Position numbers and translations under genes: made by a program. The notes under the pieces were generated by a model, which saw only the letters and a program-made list of their open reading frames with translations, was not told the origin of the DNA and searched no databases. Shown here piece after piece: positions 48,020 through 56,472 of a stretch of 64,000 bases of DNA (the first letter of the stretch is position 1; every line of letters begins with the position of its first letter). Origin of the DNA: Escherichia phage VEcB; the sequence record NC_052663.1. One strand, written 5' to 3'.

Positions 48020-48985
48020 CTAGTCTTCTTTTTCAGGGAAGATTAAACTTGCAATAACACCCAGCCCAAGAGTACCTAACACAATATACATACTGATCGT
48101 CGGATCAATGTGTGCTGGCAGGAAACTCACTTTTGCGTGCAGAGTTTCTGCAAACGGGTGATACATCAGTTTTACACCCACAAATACCAGGACTACGATA
48201 ACTGCTTTCTCCAGATGAACCAAATACTTCAGTGCAACACTAAGAACAAAGAACAGAGCACGTAAACCTAAGATTGCACAGAGCATCGAAGAGAACACCA
48301 GCAGAGGTTCTTGTGTCACCGCAATTACCGCTGGAACAGAGTCTACTGCAAAGATTACGTCAACCATTTCCATTACAAACACACAAACCAGAGCCGGAGT
48401 TGCTACACGAACACCATTTTTGATTGTGAAGAACTTCTCACCATCCATCTGATCAGATACAGGGAACAGCTTACGAACAATGCGAGTAGCCCAGTGTTTA
48501 GAGTAATCAACTTCTGCATCATTATCCCCAGCGAATACCATTTTAGCCGCACAGAAAAGGATGACAGCACCGAAGAAGATATTAACATACCAGCCCAAAC
48601 TCAACAAGTAAGTGCCTACTGCTACAAACACACCTCGGAAGACAATCGCACCTGCAATACCCCAAAGTAGAATTTTGTGCTGCAAGTGTGTGCTTTTAAT
48701 ACCAAAACTTGCGAAGACTGCCACAAATACTACTAAGTTATCTACAGAAAGAGATTTCTCCAACACATACCCACTCAAGAACAAGCTCGCAAAATCAGCA
48801 CCGTGTTGGAAGTATACAAAACCATAGTAGGCTAATGATACCCCAATCCAGAAAATTGACCAGCCAATTGCAGATTTAAATGAAATTTCTTTGTTTTCTC
48901 TGTGTCCAAAGAAGTCAATACAAATCGACAAGACTAAAATACCCACTAAAACAACCACATCAATAATTGGGAAACCCAGTTGCAT
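48020..48985 (-). CDS. terC: TerC-family integral membrane protein
   Basis: 321 aa polytopic membrane protein with the diagnostic EKSLSVDNLVVF motif; GAGGAG RBS. Confidence 0.8.
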   Translation of the reverse strand: MQLGFPIIDVVVLVGILVLSICIDFFGHRENKEISFKSAIGWSIFWIGVSLAYYGFVYFQHGADFASLFLSGYVLEKSLSVDNLVVFVAVFASFGIKSTHLQHKILLWGIAGAIVFRGVFVAVGTYLLSLGWYVNIFFGAVILFCAAKMVFAGDNDAEVDYSKHWATRIVRKLFPVSDQMDGEKFFTIKNGVRVATPALVCVFVMEMVDVIFAVDSVPAVIAVTQEPLLVFSSMLCAILGLRALFFVLSVALKYLVHLEKAVIVVLVFVGVKLMYHPFAETLHAKVSFLPAHIDPTISMYIVLGTLGLGVIASLIFPEKED

Positions 48986-49003
48986 TCTTTTCTCCTCTTT
49001 AAT

Positions 49004-49022
49004 GCGGAGGACAATCCTCCGC
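49004..49022 (-). other. GC-rich hairpin in the 5' leader of terC
   Basis: 8 bp stem GCGGAGGA/TCCTCCGC with 3 nt loop, located between the predicted -10 and the terC RBS. Confidence 0.35.
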
Positions 49023-49034
49023 TCTATGTCTTAT

Positions 49035-49062
49035 ACTATAAACTGTTTTTAAAGAAAGTCAA
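49035..49062 (-). promoter_or_regulatory. sigma70-like promoter TTGACT-N16-TATAGT (minus strand) upstream of terC
   Basis: -35 at 49057..49062, -10 at 49035..49040 (minus-strand reading). Confidence 0.4.
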
Positions 49063-49311
49063 CTAGTTCAGTTCTGTAATTTTAAGTTTATCTTCTTTGT
49101 TAATGATAGGGAAAGCTACAGCATCACCTACGTCATCAATAAAGCAAATAGCAAGACCACCTTCCACTTTGCTAATCTGACCATTAAAGGCGTGATACGG
49201 GGCAGGAACTTGATCTCCATCTTCAAGGAGAATAGCCTCGTAAACCTTGCCGATAGTACAATCACGAGTGTTTTTAAATTTTTCAAGCACTTCAACATTT
49301 ACTTTACGCAT
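49063..49311 (-). CDS. hypothetical small protein
   Basis: 82 aa ORF. Confidence 0.3.
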   Translation of the reverse strand: MRKVNVEVLEKFKNTRDCTIGKVYEAILLEDGDQVPAPYHAFNGQISKVEGGLAICFIDDVGDAVAFPIINKEDKLKITELN

Positions 49312-49325
49312 ATAAAGATCCTCTC

Positions 49326-49532
49326 TTATTTGTTAGATTGAAAGATACCACGAAGTACCGCAAGAATGAACGTCACACAGACTACACTCCAAAACGTTAC
49401 AGGAACATGATGCCAGTCTAAACCGATAATGTCAATCATATAGTTGTATGCTAAAAGCAGTAGCCAACTAGGGATTAACACAATCAAGAACACAACAATA
49501 AAACAACCTAATACTGCTAAAACACCTGCCAT
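49326..49532 (-). CDS. hypothetical small membrane protein
   Basis: 68 aa, almost entirely hydrophobic (two TM segments). Confidence 0.3.
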   Translation of the reverse strand: MAGVLAVLGCFIVVFLIVLIPSWLLLLAYNYMIDIIGLDWHHVPVTFWSVVCVTFILAVLRGIFQSNK

Positions 49533-49541
49533 ACTTTCTCC

Positions 49542-50258
49542 TTATTTCAGTTTGTAAACAATTACATTTAAACCTTTGTTCACTAGAGTTTCTTCGATCA
49601 TAAGTTTTACAATATTCCAAGAACCTCCAGCCAAACCACAACCAAGCATTGGTAAACCTACAATTTTACCGCCTGAAGATACAACATCGTCTCCCATACT
49701 ATCTAACGCATTGTAGATAGCTTCATAATTCAGGTCACGCTTACCTTCCTCACGACGACTATAACCATATTGTCCATATAAATTATAAATTGTCAAATTG
49801 TTTTCTGCATACTTAGTAAACGTACCTAATTTTTTATAATCACCACGTTTAGTGGCACAATCTGCTTTAAACGCACCAGGCCACTTGCTTTTAATTTTTG
49901 GTGCAATACCACTACCCATAGTGCAAAAACAGTTACAGCAGTGTGCTATAGCGTCTATATCGCCTCTCTCGGCTGCTGCTAAAAGATCACCGTACACCTC
50001 AATGATACCTGCTGGATAACTTGTTACAATTTCATCTTCCCAGTACATTTTCTCTACACCACCGATCAGTGCAAAGTTTTGTGTAATACGATCATCAATG
50101 TAATTAAGACCTGAGACATACACAGCGTATTCATCACGTGCTGTGATACCTTGTACACGAATTCTTAAGACACCATCTTTATCTGTTGCTACACGCCCAA
50201 AATCTTTTTCTGTAATATTGGTGATAGGATCTCCGAAAGTCATTACTTTATTAGACAT
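49542..50258 (-). CDS. macro-domain protein (ADP-ribose binding / processing)
   Basis: Start set at ATG 50258 (AAGGGGA RBS; 8 nt overlap with the PRTase stop); motifs AIAHCCNCFCTMGSGIA and IVGLPMLGCGLAGGSWNIV resemble the N-x6-G-G-G and G-x-G blocks of macro domains. Confidence 0.5.
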   Translation of the reverse strand: MSNKVMTFGDPITNITEKDFGRVATDKDGVLRIRVQGITARDEYAVYVSGLNYIDDRITQNFALIGGVEKMYWEDEIVTSYPAGIIEVYGDLLAAAERGDIDAIAHCCNCFCTMGSGIAPKIKSKWPGAFKADCATKRGDYKKLGTFTKYAENNLTIYNLYGQYGYSRREEGKRDLNYEAIYNALDSMGDDVVSSGGKIVGLPMLGCGLAGGSWNIVKLMIEETLVNKGLNVIVYKLK

Positions 50259-51108
50259 AATAATCCCCTTTAACATTAGGTTTGTTGATAATGTTGCTTT
50301 CAAAAAATTGACGTAGGAAATCAAAGTTCTCTTTGTATTTTTCAATGTTATTGTAACCTTCTGCAAGGCAACCAAAGAACAGTTGTTCTACATAATACAA
50401 AGGAAGTTGTGAAAGTGCAATTTTAAAGTCAACTTCGCTTTGACTCATTAGATACTTAATAGGACGAACCAAACATTTAGCATCAGCTTCTTGCTTAATC
50501 ATTTTAATAAAAGCTGCCAGATTATTGATATAGTTGAAGTTAAGTGCAGCTTCGGTGTTGGCTTCTGTACCTTCATACTTTGCAAAGTACAGGAAAAACG
50601 TATTGTTTTCAACACCTTCTTTGTCTAAAATTTCAATAAGTTTTTCTTCGTGTGTACCTGTAATATTAACATCATCAATGAAAATCAGATTTTTATCGCC
50701 CCAAAAATCACGATTGATAGAGAAAGTATCACCATCGATCAAAGCCTTACGATCTTCTTTGCTAAGAAATCCATAATCATTGATATAGCTTACTTTACGA
50801 TGAACGATATCCCACTCTACTGCTTTACCTCCTTTGATAGAGATTAGGTAGTTGAGGTGATCTACAAAATGTTCAGATAACACTGTAGCTGCATTTTTAA
50901 CATAGTTATACGGAGATGGAATAACAACAGAACTTTCATTTACCAGTCGTTCTTCATATTTAGAAAAGAAACTTTCAGCCAGAATGCGTCCCATTCTTTT
51001 TGCTGCCTGGTTACTACCAAACTTTAGTTTGGAATAATCTGCAATGTTAAATTTTGCTTCCTTCAGGTTAGTAAAAGTATTAGCAAAATGTTGAATTTGA
51101 TTACGCAT
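50251..51108 (-). CDS. phosphoribosyltransferase (type I PRTase fold)
   Basis: 285 aa; PRPP-binding motif NLIFIDDVNITGTHEEKL; start overlaps the HAD gene stop. Confidence 0.6.
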   Translation of the reverse strand: MRNQIQHFANTFTNLKEAKFNIADYSKLKFGSNQAAKRMGRILAESFFSKYEERLVNESSVVIPSPYNYVKNAATVLSEHFVDHLNYLISIKGGKAVEWDIVHRKVSYINDYGFLSKEDRKALIDGDTFSINRDFWGDKNLIFIDDVNITGTHEEKLIEILDKEGVENNTFFLYFAKYEGTEANTEAALNFNYINNLAAFIKMIKQEADAKCLVRPIKYLMSQSEVDFKIALSQLPLYYVEQLFFGCLAEGYNNIEKYKENFDFLRQFFESNIINKPNVKGDYYV

Positions 51109-51775
51109 TAATAAGTTCCTCTTTTTTAAGTTTAGCCAACAAGTCTTCTGGATTAATAATATGACAGAACTTCATCCCTATGTCAACAGCTTTTCCATCA
51201 TAAATCAAACTATCTCCAACGTGTAAAATCTCCTCTGGTGCGAGATCAAACGTCACCATTTCATCAAAAGAGAGTTTAAAAAACCTAGGATCTGGTTTAC
51301 ACAAGCAAAACTCGTCAGAAAAATGCATAAAGTCGAATGGTAATTTTGTTAAGCCAGAATATACAGCTAAGAAACTACCTGGTACAAAATTAGTATTGCT
51401 CTTAATACTCAAAGAGTAGGTTGAACTTAACTCTTCCAACTTCTTGCAAAGTTCAGGATTCAATGTTGGAGGATGTTTTATAAACATTGCTAAACAGTCT
51501 CTTTTTAACCCATCCACTTTATCAAGATCAATGTTCAAACGAGTAGAAAGTGTTACCCAAGCATCCTTAGACGTTCCACAAATGCCTTTTTCTGCTTTTA
51601 AATCCAAGAGAGTTTTTACCTCTTTATATACGGTAGCTGCTTCTACCTCAGAACAAGAGGCATACTCGGCAATAACCTTGTTGCGCTCTTCTGCATACAA
51701 AGGGTTAGCAGTAATAAGAGTATTCCATACATCAAAAGAAATATGCTTAACAGTCATTTTTAATCCTCCGTCCAA
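51101..51775 (-). CDS. HAD-superfamily hydrolase (phosphatase-like)
   Basis: 224 aa; motif I ISFDVWNTL near the N-terminus and motif IV HVGDSLIYDGKA near the C-terminus. Confidence 0.55.
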   Translation of the reverse strand: MDGGLKMTVKHISFDVWNTLITANPLYAEERNKVIAEYASCSEVEAATVYKEVKTLLDLKAEKGICGTSKDAWVTLSTRLNIDLDKVDGLKRDCLAMFIKHPPTLNPELCKKLEELSSTYSLSIKSNTNFVPGSFLAVYSGLTKLPFDFMHFSDEFCLCKPDPRFFKLSFDEMVTFDLAPEEILHVGDSLIYDGKAVDIGMKFCHIINPEDLLAKLKKEELINA

Positions 51776-51927
51776 AAGAATATCATCTGCTTAATTTTAT
51801 TGATCTCTTGATGTAGTAACTTTCCAGCATGTGATTGATCTTTAATATTGACAGCAAGAATTTCAAGCTCCGTTAGTTTTTCCTGGATAGCTTTATATTC
51901 ATCATCTGTAAGCATTTTCTTCCCCCT

Positions 51928-52131
51928 TTAGAATGGTAATCTTTGTATGTCACTTATCCCCACACCAAGAAGTCTAGCAATATCCTTATCTAAAAGCAAC
52001 TCTTTTTGTTCTAAAATGTTAATCAGATCTCCTAATACTTCTTTAATGTCACGATCATTTTTAGCAACGTGACCACCTGCCGTATCAACTTTATCTTTAA
52101 AAACAAAGTAATGATCCATAATACCCTCCAT
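51928..52131 (-). CDS. hypothetical small protein
   Basis: 67 aa ORF. Confidence 0.3.
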   Translation of the reverse strand: MEGIMDHYFVFKDKVDTAGGHVAKNDRDIKEVLGDLINILEQKELLLDKDIARLLGVGISDIQRLPF

Positions 52132-52165
52132 ATAAATAAAGGAGGCTTTCGCCTCCTTTTATCAC

Positions 52166-53326
52166 TTAGTAAGAACGACCACCAAACACATACTCTGTGT
52201 AGTTTTTACGTTCTTTGTTTTTAATAACAACTTCAATGTTGTTACCTTTATCATCGGTGAACACAAAGTGATAACCGTCACCACCCATTGTACGGATGTG
52301 TTTTTCATCATACGTCAGCAAGATACGGTCTACACCCCAGTAGTAGTCACCTTCTTCATCTTTGTCTTCTACTGTAACGACCCCTTCCATTTCAGGAAGA
52401 TGTTCTTCTCCTAGCTTATGGTCTACAGCTACAACATAACGATTACCGCTAAACAAACCCTGTGCTGTCATACCGTCAATATCGGTATCTGCCGAAACAT
52501 CTCCTGTACGATCTACACCGTTGACTTTCAGAAGTTTAACTTCTTTTGCAGCATAGCGGTGTTCAGTAATACTGATACCCATTAATGCAAGTGCATCAGA
52601 GAATTTGTCATTAGGGTAACGGTTAAGTTCTTCTACTAATGACTGAACAATATCAAAGTTCAAGTCCACGGACAGATTATAAAGCGTTTCAAAATCTGGT
52701 AAAAAGGCTTTGTTCTCCAGATTTTTAGCCAGATAATCATCCATAGTAGCTTTAGGTAGTTTCTTATAGCTAAAACTGTAGAAAATACGGCTAGGACGAT
52801 TACGCAAAAATTCTGATACATAACCATCATTTTTAGTCAATACAAACAGCTTGTCATAACCACCAACACCATCCAGCAGGGTAAGCAAACCATCTTGTGC
52901 ATCTTTTTCAGCATACAGTTTATCAAATTCATCGATCATAATCATCACAGGTTGTGTGATTTTAGACATAAAGTTGATAAAGCCTTCACCATTAAAAGCA
53001 CTACCGATAGAAATAGTAGGAATACCCATTTCACGAAGAGCAGAAGACAGCATTTTAGCTTGCAAAGTTTTACCGCTACCTTTCGTACCCTCAAGGAGAA
53101 CACCTGTGTTTTTACCTTTGCGGCTAAGGAACGTCTTGATAATACGTTCTGATTTATCATCAGTATCACCGTATGTTACTGAAGGGACTTCCATATCGTT
53201 TTTAGGATACAGGAAGAACTCGCCACTTTGAGTAACACCTACACCAAAAGTTCCTGCTGGAATTTCTTCAATATCTGTACCAGACTTCTGACGCAGGAAG
53301 ATTTGATTGCCGAATACTGTAAACAT
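52166..53326 (-). CDS. AAA-family ATPase
   Basis: 386 aa; Walker A GTKGSGKT, Walker B VMIMIDEFD, sensor-1-like LFVLTKND. Confidence 0.5.
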   Translation of the reverse strand: MFTVFGNQIFLRQKSGTDIEEIPAGTFGVGVTQSGEFFLYPKNDMEVPSVTYGDTDDKSERIIKTFLSRKGKNTGVLLEGTKGSGKTLQAKMLSSALREMGIPTISIGSAFNGEGFINFMSKITQPVMIMIDEFDKLYAEKDAQDGLLTLLDGVGGYDKLFVLTKNDGYVSEFLRNRPSRIFYSFSYKKLPKATMDDYLAKNLENKAFLPDFETLYNLSVDLNFDIVQSLVEELNRYPNDKFSDALALMGISITEHRYAAKEVKLLKVNGVDRTGDVSADTDIDGMTAQGLFSGNRYVVAVDHKLGEEHLPEMEGVVTVEDKDEEGDYYWGVDRILLTYDEKHIRTMGGDGYHFVFTDDKGNNIEVVIKNKERKNYTEYVFGGRSY

Positions 53327-53346
53327 AGTTTTCTCCTCTATTTAAT

Positions 53347-53817
53347 TTAGTCAGATTCCCAAATGTTGTCTTTCTTAACCCACATTCGTTGATTATCTGA
53401 ACCTCTATAACGTTTCGTTGTTGGTTGAGTCATATCATACTTACCATCTATTACTATGTCAACCAGTTTTTTAATTTTCTCTGGAATTTCTTCAAAAAGA
53501 TATCCTGTATATAAGACAATATCTTTTTTGTTTCCAAAACAATCTCTTACCTTCTCAAGAACATACTCTACAGTGTCAATGTTCTCTTTGTCAAGAGGTT
53601 CACCACCTAAAACTGTTAATCCTTTAATGAAAGGTCGAGATAAATCTTCCAAGATAAGATCTAATGTTTCAGTAGTGAACTCTTGTCCGTAGTTATACGA
53701 CCAGGCTTTCTGGTTGAAGCAGCCACGGCAACCGTGGCTACAACCGCTCACCCACAAAGAGCATCTTACACCGTCACCGTTGAGCATGTCAACAGGTTCA
53801 TATCCGGCGTAATTCAA
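53347..53817 (-). CDS. nrdG: anaerobic ribonucleoside-triphosphate reductase activating protein (radical SAM)
   Basis: 156 aa; radical-SAM cluster motif CSHGCRGC near the N-terminus; directly downstream of and coupled to nrdD (ATGA overlap). Confidence 0.8.
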   Translation of the reverse strand: MNYAGYEPVDMLNGDGVRCSLWVSGCSHGCRGCFNQKAWSYNYGQEFTTETLDLILEDLSRPFIKGLTVLGGEPLDKENIDTVEYVLEKVRDCFGNKKDIVLYTGYLFEEIPEKIKKLVDIVIDGKYDMTQPTTKRYRGSDNQRMWVKKDNIWESD

Positions 53818-54755
53818 AAATGTTTCTCCCTTTCTAATACTTCTTGCATTTTACCTTTATTATAAGGGCGAGAGTTAGGGGCAGAAAGGTATCCTGACAC
53901 TCTTCTGATCACAGATATGGATTCTTCTTCATGATTACCGCAACTTGGACACTCGAAGCCTTTAGCCGTTGCTTTAAATTCACCATGAAAACCACATTTG
54001 AAACACTGATCTACAGGTTGGTTCACGCCAAAATAAGGAATTTTGTTGTAGGCATAATCTACAAGAGTTTCCAGTGCTTGCAAGTTATTTTTAAGGTTTG
54101 GTGTTTCTACATAACCTATGTTCCCACCATTACTAATTTGTGCAAAACCTTCCTCATAATCCCACTTTTGGAACGGGGTAGTGTGCATCCACACAGGTTG
54201 ATGGAAAGAGTTTGTCAAGTAGTCACGATCAATAGAACCAGGATAGCGATCATTTAATGCTTTGGCAAATTTATAGCACAAGGATTCTGCTGGTGTTCCA
54301 TACAAACTAAAAGCTAAACCAGAACGTTCTTTAAATGTGCCACAGATATCCTTCATATATTGAAGGATGTTTTTACCCATTGCTTTTGGATTGGTGTTAC
54401 CTGGGTATAAAATCTCCATAGCTTCTGCTAAACCTACATAACCGATACTAATAGAGGCATAACCACCTTCGAATAGTTTACCAATCTCTTCATTAGCTTC
54501 TAGTCGAGCTAAAGCCCCTTCCATAAACAATGTAGGGTTTTGAGATGCTTTGGTATGTCTAATACGGTTAACACGTAGCATATGTGCCTTATACGCCATC
54601 TCCATATGTTGTTCCAACAGTTCAGTAAATAAGATGCCCTTTTCACGGGACTCTGCTGCAATGATAGGTAAGTTTAAAGAAACTACGCCTAAGTTGAAAC
54701 GACCATCATATTTTTCACCTTGCTCTGTTGCATAGTATGACAAGAAACTTCTACA
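53814..54755 (-). CDS. nrdD: anaerobic ribonucleoside-triphosphate reductase, exon 2 (C-terminal part)
   Basis: Contains the C-terminal zinc ribbon CFKCG...CPSCG and glycyl-radical motif RRVSGYL; the frame upstream of Cys codon 54753..54755 has no ATG/RBS and continues the exon 1 frame after an approx. 770 nt insertion. Confidence 0.65.
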   Translation of the reverse strand, partial: CRSFLSYYATEQGEKYDGRFNLGVVSLNLPIIAAESREKGILFTELLEQHMEMAYKAHMLRVNRIRHTKASQNPTLFMEGALARLEANEEIGKLFEGGYASISIGYVGLAEAMEILYPGNTNPKAMGKNILQYMKDICGTFKERSGLAFSLYGTPAESLCYKFAKALNDRYPGSIDRDYLTNSFHQPVWMHTTPFQKWDYEEGFAQISNGGNIGYVETPNLKNNLQALETLVDYAYNKIPYFGVNQPVDQCFKCGFHGEFKATAKGFECPSCGNHEEESISVIRRVSGYLSAPNSRPYNKGKMQEVLEREKHF

Positions 54756-55525
54756 CATTATGTTCAAAGTGGCTCGCAAGGCCACTCCCGCACCATTACG
54801 TGCTGCTGCATGTCACCATGCAGATCAGACTATATCTTCATGCTTAAAGCATGTCTACCATTTGGGGTGTCATAGGCTTACACCCTACGCTGCTACATTC
54901 ATCACAGCTAGTCGTTAGGCATTTCGTAACAGAACTCATAATCATAATTATTTGGTGCTCCGCGCTTTAAGATTGCAGATATTCTTTTTCTGTCCAACCC
55001 TAAAGCGTCAGCACAACATCTCAGACTTTTAAAGTAAAAAACTTCACCAGTAGCCTTATGAGTAGCTTTTACACTGTGACACCTTGTGTAGAAAGCATAA
55101 CAGTTATTATCGTAACCCTCTTGCGTGTTGTCTGGACAAGATCCCCACTCAAGATTGTATACACTGTTGTCTTTCCTATTGTCACCTTTATGCTTCACAT
55201 AAGGTAAATTGTCTGGATTGGGTAAAAACGCTTCAGCTACAAGTCTGTGCACCCGAAAGCAAACAGTTTTCTTGTTTTTACGTATTCTGACAAGTTGGTA
55301 TCCTGTGTTTATTTCTTCCCACGAGCGAAGGATTCTTTCATCCTTATACCTGGTACAATAAACATTTCCAAGCTCGTCAATTTCATACCCTTCAAAATCA
55401 CGAATTTGTTTTCTCATATCAGTACCCCCCTTCTTCTGTGTTGGGAGTTCTGTTACGTTTAGCACGGGATTGTCTCGTTGAGAGTTCCCCCGTTTAGGCA
55501 GATTTTACATGAGCAGTTATAGTTT
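54756..55525 (-). mobile_element. putative group I intron interrupting nrdD, carrying an HNH homing endonuclease ORF
   Basis: An approx. 770 nt insertion separates two halves of one NrdD reading frame. Proposed 5' splice site follows a U (exon GGU) and the proposed last intron nt is G. Internal ORF is in a different frame with its own RBS. Boundaries inferred from recalled NrdD conservation around SMG/CRSFLS, not from a folded intron model. Confidence 0.5.
54908..55417 (-). CDS. HNH homing endonuclease (intron-encoded)
   Basis: Start set at ATG 55417 (AAGAAGGGGGG RBS); N-terminal FEGYEIDELGNVY (NUMOD4-like) and HNH region VHRLVAEAF..H.....N.....N. Confidence 0.6.
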   Translation of the reverse strand: MRKQIRDFEGYEIDELGNVYCTRYKDERILRSWEEINTGYQLVRIRKNKKTVCFRVHRLVAEAFLPNPDNLPYVKHKGDNRKDNSVYNLEWGSCPDNTQEGYDNNCYAFYTRCHSVKATHKATGEVFYFKSLRCCADALGLDRKRISAILKRGAPNNYDYEFCYEMPND

Positions 55526-56383
55526 ACCCATGCTTGTGACGCGACCATCTGAAGATCCTGTAACTTCTTTGTTTAAAGGTACAGAGATAAAATCAGGATA
55601 AATGCGTTCAGCACAACACTCCATTGCCAGTTGCTTCAAATCATAATTTGGATCGCCAGCTTTCATGTTAACACCATCTTCCAAGAAGAAGATAACTTTA
55701 GGAAACACAGGAGTTACCCTATCTTTTCCTAATCCTTGTTTGTGCACCATTAGGTAGTTTTTAGTGATCATTCTACCAAAAGCAGAGGTATCCAAACCTA
55801 AACTAATTGTTATAAAAGGTGACTGACCATTTACACTCATTAGGGTGTTCACCTGGTAGATTAAAGTTTGCATTGCATCATAGACCTGTTTATCTACCAT
55901 ACGCATAGCAATATCATAATCGCCAACATCGGCATATATTTTATTAAAACTTGCTTTAACGTATTGACTAAGCCCAGTATCAACATGTGCACAAGTTTGT
56001 CCACCATATTGGCTAGAAGCTACTGCTTGAATAATTTGAGTTAGGACAGTAGTTGCTACACCAATAGATTTTGGTTTTTCAATATGTGCATTACCAATAC
56101 GGAAACCGTTCTCAAGCATATCTTGGTAATTTACCAGGCAACAATTAGTTAAAGGTGAGAGTAAATAATCTAAATCGTGGATGTGACCATACCCACTTTT
56201 ATGCCATTCTGCTAAATCTTCAGGCAAAATATGGGTCATTGCCATGTGCTTGCTTAGGATACCTGCTAGTAAATCTCGGTGAGTATTAACAATCATTGCA
56301 GGTTTGTTTGCATTTTCACGAGTAAATTCTTCGGATGTTTGTTCGAGGAATCCGATTACATCCTCATATAGTTTTTGGGTCAT
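55526..56383 (-). CDS. nrdD: anaerobic ribonucleoside-triphosphate reductase, exon 1 (N-terminal part)
   Basis: Start set at ATG 56383 (GGAGGA RBS); conserved NrdD blocks HIHDLDY, LTNCCLV, PKSIGVAT, SQYGGQT, NGQSPF, DPNYDLKQLAMEC; the ORF runs on 2 codons into the intron before a stop. Confidence 0.65.
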
Positions 56384-56392
56384 TAATCCTCC

Positions 56393-56425
56393 GTGGAAAA
56401 TAAAAGCCAGCATTAAGCTGGCTTT
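56393..56425 (-). terminator. rho-independent terminator (minus strand) between gene 56473..57423 and nrdD
   Basis: 9 bp stem AAAGCCAGC/GCTGGCTTT followed on the minus strand by TATTTTCC. Confidence 0.5.
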
Positions 56426-56472
56426 AGGGTGGATCTTTATTTTAAATCTTTTTCGTAAGATTGTCCTTGATC

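Noticed and set aside
42416-48985. Interpretation of ter genes as a tellurite-resistance operon
   Set aside because: A lytic phage has no obvious use for metal resistance, and canonical terZ/A/B/E partners are absent; the Ter-family proteins are more plausibly part of a stress, defence or metabolite system.
48986-49062. yybP-ykoY manganese riboswitch upstream of terC
   Set aside because: The leader between the predicted promoter and the terC RBS is only about 45 nt, too short for that riboswitch class; only a simple hairpin is present.
56411-56413. ORF-track start of nrdD exon 1 at 56413
   Set aside because: That ATG lies inside the terminator hairpin and has no RBS; the ATG at 56383 has a GGAGGA RBS and matches the conserved NrdD N-terminus.
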